Assembly: GCA_030390025.1 (NCBI GenBank)
Contig: CM059432.1
Coordinates: 129,582,001 to 129,646,000, forward strand
DNA from: Squalus acanthias
Lineage: Eukaryota
DNA: 64,000 bases
Direction of reading: 5' to 3'
Positions 1 to 9,419 of this stretch are shown here, one piece after another (positions within the stretch are counted from its first letter, which is position 1; each line of letters begins with the position of its first letter). The notes under the pieces were generated by a model, which searched no databases, had not been told where the DNA came from, and saw only the letters and a program-made list of their open reading frames with translations. A program made the translations under genes and the position numbers.

Positions 1-255
1 TCCCATTGAAAGAATTTAAATTTAAATTGGAAACATGCATGGTATACGCCAAATACAAGCCAGGTCCAGTAATATGATGCTTGATCACCTTGTGATACAC
101 CTTCCAACCTCCATACATCTCAAGTGTGACACAAATATTTTACCTTAGTCATTGTATTATCTTTTGTTTAGAGGCTGGACTTCCTCTGGTCACAATACGG
201 TCTTTTAGAGCACAATTATGATTTTGCTAGAAATAGCAAACATAAGAAACCTAAT

Positions 256-350
256 ACAAAAGCAAAATACTGCGGATGCTGGAAATCTGAAATAAAAACA
301 GAAAATGTTGGAAATGCTCAGCAGGTCAGGCAGCATCTGTGGAGAGAGAA
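256..350 (-). mobile_element. Penelope-like element terminal repeat (pLTR) fragment, left part; continues at 4044 after a nested insertion stack
   Basis: AAAAGCAAAATACTGCGGATGCTGGAAATCTG...CAGCATCTGTGGAGAGAGAA. The part from about 292 to 350 is the reverse complement of about 4119-4177. The sequence resumes at 4044 (TTCAGGTCGATGACCTTTCATCAG), which is a hammerhead core on the minus strand. The Penelope assignment is recalled from shark repeats plus the ribozyme motif. Confidence 0.65.
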
Positions 351-1305
351 TCATAGAACAGTACAGCACAGAAGGAGGCCATTCGACCCATCCAGTCTGC
401 GCCGGCTCTTTCGAAGAGCAATCCAGTTAGTCCCACTCCCCTACTCTTTCCCTGTATCCCTGCAATTTTTTCTCCTTCAAGTATTTATCCAATTCCCTTT
501 TGAAGGCTACAATTGAATCTGTATCCACCACCCTATCAGGCAGTGCATTCCAAATCCTAACCACTCGTTGCGTAAAAAAGTTTTTCCTCATGTCGCCTCT
601 GGTTCTTTTGCCAATCACCTTAAATCTGTGCCCTCTCGTTATCGACCCTTCAGCCATTGGAAACAGTTTCTCTTTATTTACTCTATCTAAATCTTTCATG
701 ATTTTGAAAACCTCTATCAAATCTCCTCTTACCCTTCTCTGCTCTAAGAAGAACAACCCCAACTTCTCCAGTCTATCAACGTAACTGTAATCCCTCATCC
801 CTGGAACCATTCTAGTAAATCTCTTCTGTACCCTCTCCAAAACCTTCACATCCTTTCTAAAGTGTGGTGCCCAGAATTGGACACAATACTCCAGCTGGAG
901 CCGAACTAGTGTTTTATAGAGGTTTAGCATAACTTCCTGGCTGTTGTTCTCTATGCCTCTATTTATAAAGCCCAGGATCCCATATGCTTTATTAATTACT
1001 TTGTTAACCTGTCCTGCCACCTTCAGAGATTTGTGCACAAACACCCCCAGGTTTCTCTATCCTTGCACCCCTTTAAAATCGTACCCCTTTAGCTTGTATT
1101 GTCTCTCCTCATTCTTCCTACCAAAATGTATCACCTCACACTTTTCTGCGTTGAATTTCATCTTCCATGTGTCTGCCCATTCGACCAGCCTGTCTATGGC
1201 CTCTTGACATATATTATTGTCTTCCACAGTGTTTACTACACTTCCAAGTTTCGTGTCATCTGCAAATTTCAAAATTGTGCCCTGCACCCCCAAGTCCAAG
1301 TCATT
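351..1305 (-). mobile_element. CR1 LINE 3' portion (RT C-terminus plus 3' UTR and microsatellite tail)
   Basis: ORFs 427-1044 ([20 protein letters not shown]...FFTQRVVRIWNALP) and 1057-1299 (KFADDTKLG) are CR1 ORF2 motifs. The tail is (ATTCTATG)-like at the left end. Confidence 0.95.
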
Positions 1306-1328
1306 GGGTCGGAATTTGTAGAATCATA

Positions 1329-3051
1329 GGGCTGGATTTTGCGGGGGGTCAGCGGGCGCGATCGGTGGCGGGTCAGGTGGGAAAATGTTTTTTTCCCCGG
1401 AGGGTCGGGACCCCGCTGTGAACCCGCCGCCACGCGCCTTTACCAAATGTCGGGTCTGTCAGCGCTGAACAGACCCGATGCACAGCGGCGGGGGAGGCAA
1501 ATAACATCATTAGTGACTTGTTTACAGCCACTTAGCAATGGTTTTTTCCCACCTTTTTGAATTTGACAGGCCGCCCACCGGTTTCCTGCTGTGATAGATC
1601 TCGTCTGTGAAGCTGAGGCAGGAGGTCAGTGGCCATTGAATCAGCTGATGAGTTGACAGCTTCAAATGTCAAGTCAAAGCTCCCAGCTGATTGAGAAATG
1701 TTCCCTTAACCACTTGCTTCCCTAAACTGCATTTCCACTATAGATTCACCATGCTGTCATCTCTACTTCACCTGCCATCTATTCCATCAGCATGGGTGCC
1801 CTTGAAACTCTCTCACCTTGGTCCTCAGAATCCCACCACGATGAGCCCCAACACCAGCTTCACCAGGCACACCAGCAGCATCAGGCACACCTGCAGCACC
1901 AACAACACCAACCTTCTCTGCAATCAACTGATGCTGAACAGGACACGGCATCAGCACTCGAGCACATTGCTGCCCGGGAGGCCAAGAATGACCTCACCAT
2001 GGCCAGATGTACTTCGCTTGACGCTGTACACCCTGGCTGCCACATGATGCGCCAGGTTAGCACCACCCCACACCAACACCATAAAGCATCCCTACAATGC
2101 CCAAGCCATTCTTTTCACACTCATCACAATTGCGGGGGGTACCGTTATGTCTCACCATTCACTGCAACTCACTAAACCACTTCCAAAGGTGCACACAAAT
2201 CTGTCCAAGAACACAAAGTGTTGAAAATATAGGTTTCAATGTTTGACACCACATTAACAGAAACTTTTCATGAACATTGCATGAAACACCCAAGTGCCTA
2301 CCCTTGTGTGTTGTTAGTTGGTATGATTGCACTAGGATGAGGGTGAGTGTAAGGGGTGGCTAGTGAGATGGGGATGTGATAATGTAGATGGAGAGGGATG
2401 GGTGGAGGTGTAAGGTGAGTAAGGATCTGCAGGAGCAGGGTAGGGAAGGCAGAGTGATAGGGATGTGATGAGAGGCACAACAGGATGAGGTTGAGTGTGG
2501 CTTTGTACTAACGTTTTGTGATCTACTGAGATCATTGAAACGTTTGCGGCACTGCAGCCTGGTCCTCCTGACCACATCCCTGCTTGTGCCGTCCTCTGCA
2601 ATGTGTAACCAGGCTGTGTTTATCTCCTGGGGACGTCTCTTCCATCCATGGGAAGGGAAGAGGACCTCCTTGTGTGCTGTGACTCCCTCCATAAGCAATG
2701 GAGGGAGTCATGGGAGAGCCTGGGTCATGGGAGAGCCTGGGTGCAGCCGTGCCCCTCTGTGCAGTGCTTGTCAGTGTTTGCAGCACCTCAATGCTGTAGA
2801 ACACTGACAGCACAACAAATGTCAAAAGAAAGTTGGCCATGGTCTCTTTAAGGAAACCGGTTGATGACACGTCATCAAATGACACCACCAGACCCGCTTC
2901 CTCTAATTGGCTGGGAAACGCTATGGGCGGGCTTAACAAGCCCAATCAGGGGAAATTCATTTTGGAGGCCGGGATGGCGACAGCAGCGGGGTCGGGACCC
3001 GCCACCGACATCGCCCACCACGGACCCGCCGAGGTTCGTAAAATCCAGCCC
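1329..3051. mobile_element. Non-autonomous (internally deleted) PIF/Harbinger transposon
   Basis: Perfect 12-bp TIR GGGCTGGATTTT (1329-1340) / AAAATCCAGCCC (3040-3051), flanks ATA/GTA. Contains a Myb/SANT-like remnant on the minus strand and an H/Q-rich ORF start (1792+) on the plus strand, in convergent arrangement. Confidence 0.85.
2513..2790 (-). pseudogene. Harbinger-associated Myb/SANT-like DNA-binding protein exon remnant
   Basis: Frameshifted AAPRLSHD... plus LMEGVTAHKEVLFPSHGWKRRPQEINTAWLHIAEDGTSRDVVRRTRLQCRKRFNDL, a Myb_DNA-bind_5 / NAIF1-MSANTD-type pattern. It is followed by a GTTAGT donor-like site. Confidence 0.8.
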
Positions 3052-3290
3052 GTAGAATCATAGAATGGTTACAGCACAGAAGGAGGCCATTCAGCCCGTC
3101 GAGCCCGTGCCAGCTCTGCAAGAGCACTTAAGCTCATCCCACTCCCCTACCCTTTCCCCGTAGCCCTGCAAAATTTTTTCCTTCAGGTACTTATCCAATT
3201 CCCTTTTGAAAGCTGTGACTGAATCTGCCTCCACCACCCTTTCAGGCAGTGCATTCCAGATCCTAAGCACCGGCTGCGTAAAGAAGTTTT
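3052..3290 (-). mobile_element. CR1 LINE 3' end fragment (rest of tail at 1319-1328)
   Basis: Similar to 351-590, with a (TAGAATCA)n tail split by the 1329-3051 element. Confidence 0.9.
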
Positions 3291-3779
3291 TGTGGTGGGT
3301 AATAACGGCAAACTAACAGCTTTCGCTGTTATTACCTCTTTGAAATTGACCACAACTTCAGGATTTAGCGCATGCGCATCTAAAGGCGGAAATCCTGAAG
3401 TTACGGTCAATCGTTCACTGCTCCGACACTGGCTGCACTGTGGACACCTCCGCCCCACCCCCTGTCCCACCCATAGCCGGCAAACAGTGTAATCTGTGAG
3501 ATCAGTGAAACTGATGAAAACTTGGGCTTTTCCGCGGTAATATCACTGATAAATACCCCATTAAATGTTAGGCCTTGTTGGATTAGGTGTAACTGGGGTT
3601 TTAACAGCGTATTGACTGCTAAACAAACGTTATGGCCCTGAAAAACTCATATTAATTTTGTGGGGTGTCAAATTTCTCCATTTACAATTTTTAAGAAAGT
3701 AACGAGATCTCTGTGGGCACCTTTCTTCGGGGCCAACGGCGAGCCCCTTTGCTTCGCTGCTGACTGCAAATTCCGGGCC

Positions 3780-4043
3780 AATAATGTATATCAAAAACAG
3801 CAGAGGTCCTAGTACTGAACCTTGGGGAAGTCCACTCTATACCTCCTTCTAGTCCGAAAAACAGCCATTCACCACAACTCTCTGTTTTCTATCCCCTAAG
3901 CCAATCCATGCTGCTACTGCCCCTTTTATCCCATGGGCTTCAATTTTGCTAACAAGCCTAATAGGTGGTACTTTATCAAACACCATATACACAACATCAA
4001 CTGCACTGTCCTCATCCACCCACTCTGTTACTGCATCAAAAAC
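3780..4043 (-). mobile_element. CR1 LINE RT fragment, continuation of 351-1305
   Basis: ORF 3849-4130 contains FDAVTEWVDEDSAVDVVYMVFDKVP...AHGIKG...DRKQRVVVNGCFS. Confidence 0.9.
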
Positions 4044-4177
4044 TTCAGGTCGATGACCTTTCATCAGAATTAATGACCTTCTGATGACCAGAATAATGAC
4101 CTGAAACGTTAACTCTGTTTCTCTCCCCACAGATGCTGCCTGACCTGCTGAGCGTTTCCAGCATTTGCTGTTTTTAT
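4044..4177. mobile_element. Penelope-like pLTR remnants in inverted arrangement, with two degenerate hammerhead motifs
   Basis: Minus strand: CTGATGA-A-AGGTC-ATC-GACCT-GAA (4067 to 4044). Plus strand: CTGATGA (4081)...GAAACGTTAACT (4103-4114), followed by the reverse complement of 292-350. Confidence 0.65.
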
Positions 4178-4887
4178 AACGTAAGAAACCTTCCAGGTGT
4201 ATACTGTGTCACCGCACATAGCACCCAGAGGAAATCTTCCCCTGTCGTGGGTGTTCCTTATGACTTCTGGTACGAAGGATTAATAATAATTAAAACCCAA
4301 TTTTACCTGTGCCTCAGGAGCAAACCACAATTAATTACTTGTGGCAGCAGAGCAAAGAAATATAAAATCATACATTTTAGAGGCCTTGTCCACTACCTGA
4401 ACAACTGTTCATCATATATTTCAATAGGACAGACATTGGAAAAGAGAACGAAGCAGTTACTGGGAACTGCGCCAAATCCACCGATGTTGGTGGAAAACAA
4501 AAGTTGATTTCCAACTGTTTTAATTGATTGTGGAAAAGATAAGAATACCAGTGTTATTCAGCACATAGACTTGGAATGACTCCAGAGTACTAAACAATGT
4601 GCTGTGTACTTAATGCGTTGACTTTCATGATTCCGCACTCCTGCTTCTTTTTTGTGCTTTTCACTGAACTGTGAAATGAAAGCTGAGGGAGCTAAGGCTG
4701 GCTCCAAAAGTTATTTTAAAAGAAGAATGTCACCATTTTATCGACAATGTCATCTTTTATATCAGACAAGTGGCACAATGATGTTTTCAAAGCACAATGG
4801 TGTTTTACAATATGAACTCTGTCACCGTGTCACATGTTTAGAAAGCATTAGCAAAAGCTCTTCAATCTGTTTATATCATAAGAACAT

Positions 4888-5198
4888 GGCAACACGGTGG
4901 CGTAGTGGTTAGCACTGTTACCTCACAGCGCCAGGGACCTGGGTTCGAATCCGGCCTCGGGTGACTGTCTGTGTAGAGTTTGCACATTCTCCCCGTGTCT
5001 GCGTGGGTTTCCTCCGGGTGCTCCGGTTTCCTCCCACAGTCCAAAGATGTGCGGGTTAGGTTGATTTGGCTATGATAAATTGACCCTTAGTGTTAGGGGG
5101 GATTAAATACGTGGGGTTATGGGGATAGGGTGGGATATGTGTCGGTGCAGGCTCGATGGGCCGAAATGGCCTCTATCTGTACTGTGGGGATTCTGTGA
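4888..5198 (+). mobile_element. tRNA-derived V-SINE (HE1-like)
   Basis: A box TGGCGTAGTGG (4898-4908), B box GGTTCGAATCC (4942-4952), V-domain TTCTCCCCGTGTCTGCGTGGGTTTCCTCCGGGTGCTCCGGTTTCCTCCCACAGTCCAAAGA and a CR1-type 3' tail (GATGGGCCGAAATGGCCT). It sits in the (CATAAGAA) tail of a CR1. Confidence 0.9.
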
Positions 5199-5577
5199 TA
5201 AGAATTAGGAGCAGGAGTAGGCCATACAGCCCCTCGAGCCTGCTCCGCCATTCAATAAGATCATGGCTGATCATCGACCTCAACTCCACTTTCCCGCCCT
5301 ATCTCCATATCTCTTGATTCCCCATGAGTCCGAAAATCTATCTATCTCATCCTTCAATATACTCAACGATTCAGCATTTACAGCCCTCTGGGGCAGAGAA
5401 TTCCAAAGATTCACAACCCTCTGAGTGAAGAAATTCCTCCTCATCTCGGTCTTAAATGGCCGACCCCTTATTCTGAGACTATGCCCCCTAGTTCTAGACT
5501 CTCCAGCCAGGGGAAACAACCTCTCAGCATCTACCCTGTCAATCCCCTTCAGAATCTTGTATGTTTCAATGAGATCA
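5199..5577 (-). mobile_element. CR1 LINE 3' end fragment
   Basis: ORF 5280-5519 FPLAGESRTRGHSLRIRGRPFKTEMRRNFFTQRVVNLWNSLP, with a TAAGAA tail. Confidence 0.92.
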
Positions 5578-5865
5578 GTGAAGATGTTAATTTAAAACAT
5601 AGCCTTTTAAAAAAGTGACTGTTGTACCTGCATTTTGAATGAGCCCAAATAGATCCAGAACTATTGCCCCGCTGGGTAAAAACTTCTTGTATGGCCCTTT
5701 AAGGTTTGGTAAGTATTTTGCTAACCAGTGGAGTGAGTTTCTAGATGTTGATAATGGTATCAACACAATCAACATCCCAAAGACAACAGCGCCATGCCAT
5801 GCATGAATCAGTCATTTCTTGTCGATGGAGATTCCCAATATAGGATCACAATGTCAAAAAAAAGG

Positions 5866-6246
5866 GTCAGAAAAATGGAGTTGATGTAGAAGTTCAGCCG
5901 TGACCTTATGAATGGTGGAACCGACTCGAGGGGCCGTATGGAGAGTCTAGAACTAGGGGTCATAATCTCAAGATAAGGGGTCGGCCATTTCGGACTGAGA
6001 TGAGGAAAAATTTCTTCACTCAGAGGGTAGTGAATCTTTGAAATTCTCTACTCCAGAGGGCTGTGGATGCTCAGTCGTTGAATATATTCAAGACTGAGAT
6101 CGATAGATTCTTGGGCACTAAGTGAATCAAGGGATATGGGGATAGTGCAGGAAAGTGGAGTTGAGGTAGAAGATCAGCCATGATCTTATTGAATGGCGGA
6201 GCAAGCTCGAGAGGTCGTATGGCCTACTCCTCCTATTTCTTATGTT
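5866..6246 (+). mobile_element. CR1 LINE 3' end fragments (short tail 5866-5940 plus 5941-6246)
   Basis: Same family as 5199-5577 in the opposite orientation; ends CTCCTATTTCTTATG. Confidence 0.9.
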
Positions 6247-6384
6247 TGCGAACCTGCACCAAACACTCCCCTTAGGAGTATTAATTGAGGGCATTTCCAG
6301 TTAAAGAGGACCGCGTTGCAGTTTCTGATCACCTAAGTTGCTCGCGCACATCACTTATCAGCCCAACTCGGAGCTGGAGCTTAC

Positions 6385-6457
6385 CAGATATACAGGTGGC
6401 CGCAGCCAGAAGAAGAGCAGCAACAGTGCTATTTTGTCCCATTATTGCTGTCATCAT
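6385..6457 (-). CDS. Candidate host-gene leader exon encoding a signal-peptide-like sequence MMTAIMGQNSTVAALLLAAATCIS(G); gene unidentified
   Basis: Minus strand: acceptor TTCCATTATTCCTTTGAAAG, then G ATG ATG ... ATA TCT G, then donor GTAAGC (phase 1). Only this frame is open. It has a hydrophobic core, strong Kozak context at the third Met (ATAATGG), and lies in non-repeat DNA. Confidence 0.5.
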
Positions 6458-6595
6458 CCTTTCAAAGGAATAATGGAACAAATTAGAAATTTGGGAAAAC
6501 TGGATTTCCATACATTTCAGTTGAAGAAACATCGCATGATAAGACAAGAAATATTATTCATTGGTTTGATTGATACCAGGTCACACATATTGACT

Positions 6596-6778
6596 TAGAA
6601 TCATAGAATAGCACAGCACAGAAGGAGGCCATTGAGTCTGCGCAGGTCTTTCGAAGAGCAATCCCGTTAGTCCCACTCCCTCGCTCTTTCCCCATATCCC
6701 TGCAATTTTTTCTCCTTCAAGTATTTATCCAATTCCCTTTTGAAGGCTACTACTGAATCTGTATCCATCAACCTATCA
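6596..6778 (-). mobile_element. CR1 LINE 3' end fragment
   Basis: Near copy of 351-538, with a TAGAATCATAGAAT tail. Confidence 0.9.
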
Positions 6779-8333
6779 TATCAAGCTATCATATCAATCT
6801 GCCTGTTTCGTGTTATTATATTAGCATCCAGCTTTGCCTGATTTTACTGTTGCCTCTATGTATTGTGAAAAGTATATGTAACTTAGGGGACACTTTCAAA
6901 TATGGTGACTTAAAAATATGTATTGTTTGGATGTGTAATTTAGTTTCTTTGCCCTCTACACCTGAATATTTATTTTTACTCTGTGCCTATGTTCCTGTGG
7001 AAATGTCCTCTCTACTCCCCTTCTGTTGGCTGTACCACTGCTGGAAGGTAGCTTGTCCAACTGTTGGCTATCAATTTTGGCGTGGGCTTTCAATTTAGTG
7101 TGGATTGCTGGTGGAATCAGTAGCATTCTCTGATCAAGTATTAATGCATAGAACACCTTGAACAGTCACGGTGGAGGCCTCACTGTCTTTAGGTGGGGTA
7201 CCCAAAGATAACTGGCCAACACAATCAACTCCCTCCCAGTTGATTGCATTCTCTATCCAAGACTTTCCAACCATGACTGTGAGGCTTCTTGGTCATTAGA
7301 GCCAATGTGCGTCAGAACACTTTGAATCATTACCCAAACTATTTAGTTCCTGGGTCACTGAAGTTTCTATTGTAGCCAATTTTTGGTCCAGCATATTCCA
7401 TACATGGAAGATGAGAATAATGAACCCTGAGATGGATCTCACCATCCTTTGTAGCCTCTTACACATCATAGAGTGCAGGGTGGCCACATAATATTGGATA
7501 TCTTGATGCTCCAACACTCACGCTGAATACGGCCCACTGATCTCAGTACCTACCATTCTTTGAACTTCAAATATAGGATGCCTATGATCCCTTAATAACA
7601 TTTTTGACACTCCTTTAGTGCCCTATGCTGCTAATTCACCAAGTTGTAAAGGGGCATGCATCTGTATATGTGCTGGTGCTGGCTACAGCCATGGTATTGT
7701 GTGTGAGTGGCTTGTTCTGAGTTACAATAGTGCTCTGCATCCCTTACAGTCTCGGCTCATCTGTAGAAGGACAAAAGGGTAGACATTAACAAGGTGCTTG
7801 TCACGGTTGAATCTATTGCTTACGTGTATGTTCTATAAAGATAATGTTATACATAAAGCAAGCAATCATTGGTGATAACATGTTCTCTAACTCTTACTGC
7901 AGGCTGCTGTACCTCCTTTTGGAAATGGTGCATACACAACATATCAATGAAGCGAGGACACTTAGCTTCAGACTGCCCAAGTTAAATAGTCCCATTTTCA
8001 GTTTTAATTTGAAGAGCTTTATGAATAGAGTGCATCACAGTACCACTCAGAAGAAACTGCAGCAATCCCACGTATATAAAAATCACTTGCCTGGGACAAA
8101 TATTTCCCTCATTAAAGGCCTTAATAGTTAACACCTGGAAACTCAATCCCTGTCTAACTAAATGAAGTTATTAAAAAAAGCCCTTTTTTATTGTCGAATA
8201 ACAATGTTAAAAATTCTATATAGTCACAGAGAAGCATAAATCTATTGGAGGATAGATGCTTGGAAGTGAATTTTGGTTATGGCTGTCAGATAAGCCACAC
8301 TTTCACTTTTGGGTGCATAAACCTGTTATTAAT

Positions 8334-9156
8334 TACATAGGATATACGGCACAGAAACAGGCCATTCGGCCCAACCAGTCCATGCCGGCGTTTATGCTCC
8401 ACTCGAACCTCCTCCCGTCTTTCCTCATCTAACTCTATCAGCATAACCCTCTGTTCCCCTCTCCCTCATATGCTTATCTAGCCTCTCCTTAAATGCATCT
8501 ATACTATTCGCTTCAACCACTCCCTGTGGTAGCGAGTTCCACATTCTCACCACTCTCTAGGTAAAGAAGTTTCTTCTGAATTCCCTATTGATTTCTTGGT
8601 GACTATCTTATATTGATGGCCTCTAGTTTTGCTCTTCCCCACAAGTGGAAACATTCTCTCTGTATCCACTCTATCAAAACCTTTCATAATTTTAAAGCCC
8701 TCTATCAAGTCACCCATCAGCTTTTTTTCAAATGAAAAGAGATCCAGCCTGTTCATCCTTTTCTGATAGGTATACCCTCGCTTTTCTGGTATCATCCTTG
8801 TAAATCTTCTCTGCACCCTCTCCAGTGCCTCTATATCCTTCTTATAATATGGCAACCAGAATTGTACGCAGTACTCTAAGTGTGGTCTAACCAAGGTACG
8901 ATACAGGTTTAGCATAACTTCACTACTTTTCAATTCAATCCCTCTAGAAATAAACCCTAGTGCTTGTTTGCTTTTTTATGGCCTTGCTAACCTGTGTCGC
9001 TACTTTCAGCGATTTGTGTATTTGTACTCCCAGATCCCTTTGTTCTTCTACCCCACCTAGACTCACATCCTCCAAATAATAAGTGACCTCCCTATTCTTC
9101 CTACCAAAATGTAATACCTCACATTTATCTGTGTTGAAACTCATTTGCCAATTATA
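8334..9156 (-). mobile_element. CR1 LINE 3' portion
   Basis: ORFs 8547-8933 ([17 protein letters not shown]) and 8944-9144 (FNTDKCEVLHFGRKN...RDLGV). Confidence 0.92.
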
Positions 9157-9419
9157 CTAATTATTATATAATATTGTTTTTACAGCCATTAATAATAAAG
9201 TCTACCCATTTAAAAAAAAATAATGCTCTCCTTAAACTTAAGAAAGCTCTAAAAAGGTTATAATAAAAGATCGTAGAGCGCATTACTGACGTTTACATTC
9301 ATTTGCAAGACGCCATGTCCTTTTACAGCCATGATGATAAGAAAAATATTAAGAGCAGATGTTAAATTATGAAATTCCATAAATCAAGAAAACTTGAATG
9401 ATTGATTTTGCTTCCCCCA

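Larger units (their letters stand above)
1306..3779. mobile_element. Harbinger-type MITE (arms 1306-1318 and about 3290-3779), interrupted by nested elements
   Basis: Imperfect TIRs GGGTCGGAATTTG (1306) and CAAATTCCGGGCC (ends 3779), with 3-bp flanks ATT/AAT. The host CR1 sequence (CCAAGTCATT | AATAATGTATATC) is continuous across it. Confidence 0.7.

Noticed and set aside
144..226. Minus-strand segment bounded by TTTGCTATTTCTAG and AAG|GTAAAA
   Set aside because: All three frames contain stop codons, so it is not supportable as an internal coding exon.
500..1207. Antisense ORFs over CR1 fragments (also 45933-47361, 49064-50125 and 58806-59127)
   Set aside because: They are shadow frames of CR1 ORF2 on the opposite strand.
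4307..4371. Minus-strand MILYFFALLPQVINCGLLLRH followed by AG|GTAAAA, another signal-peptide-like segment
   Set aside because: The donor is weak, the intron would be phase 2, and no compatible downstream exon was found. It is plausible by chance in AT-rich DNA.
4888..4960. tRNA gene (also 12555-12610 and 16734-16795)
   Set aside because: The A and B boxes run into SINE bodies and LINE-derived tails, and no complete cloverleaf is evident.
5587..5811. Minus-strand open frame with a hydrophobic stretch (AVVFGMLIVLIPLS)
   Set aside because: There is no convincing acceptor, the donor is weak and I recognise no homology.
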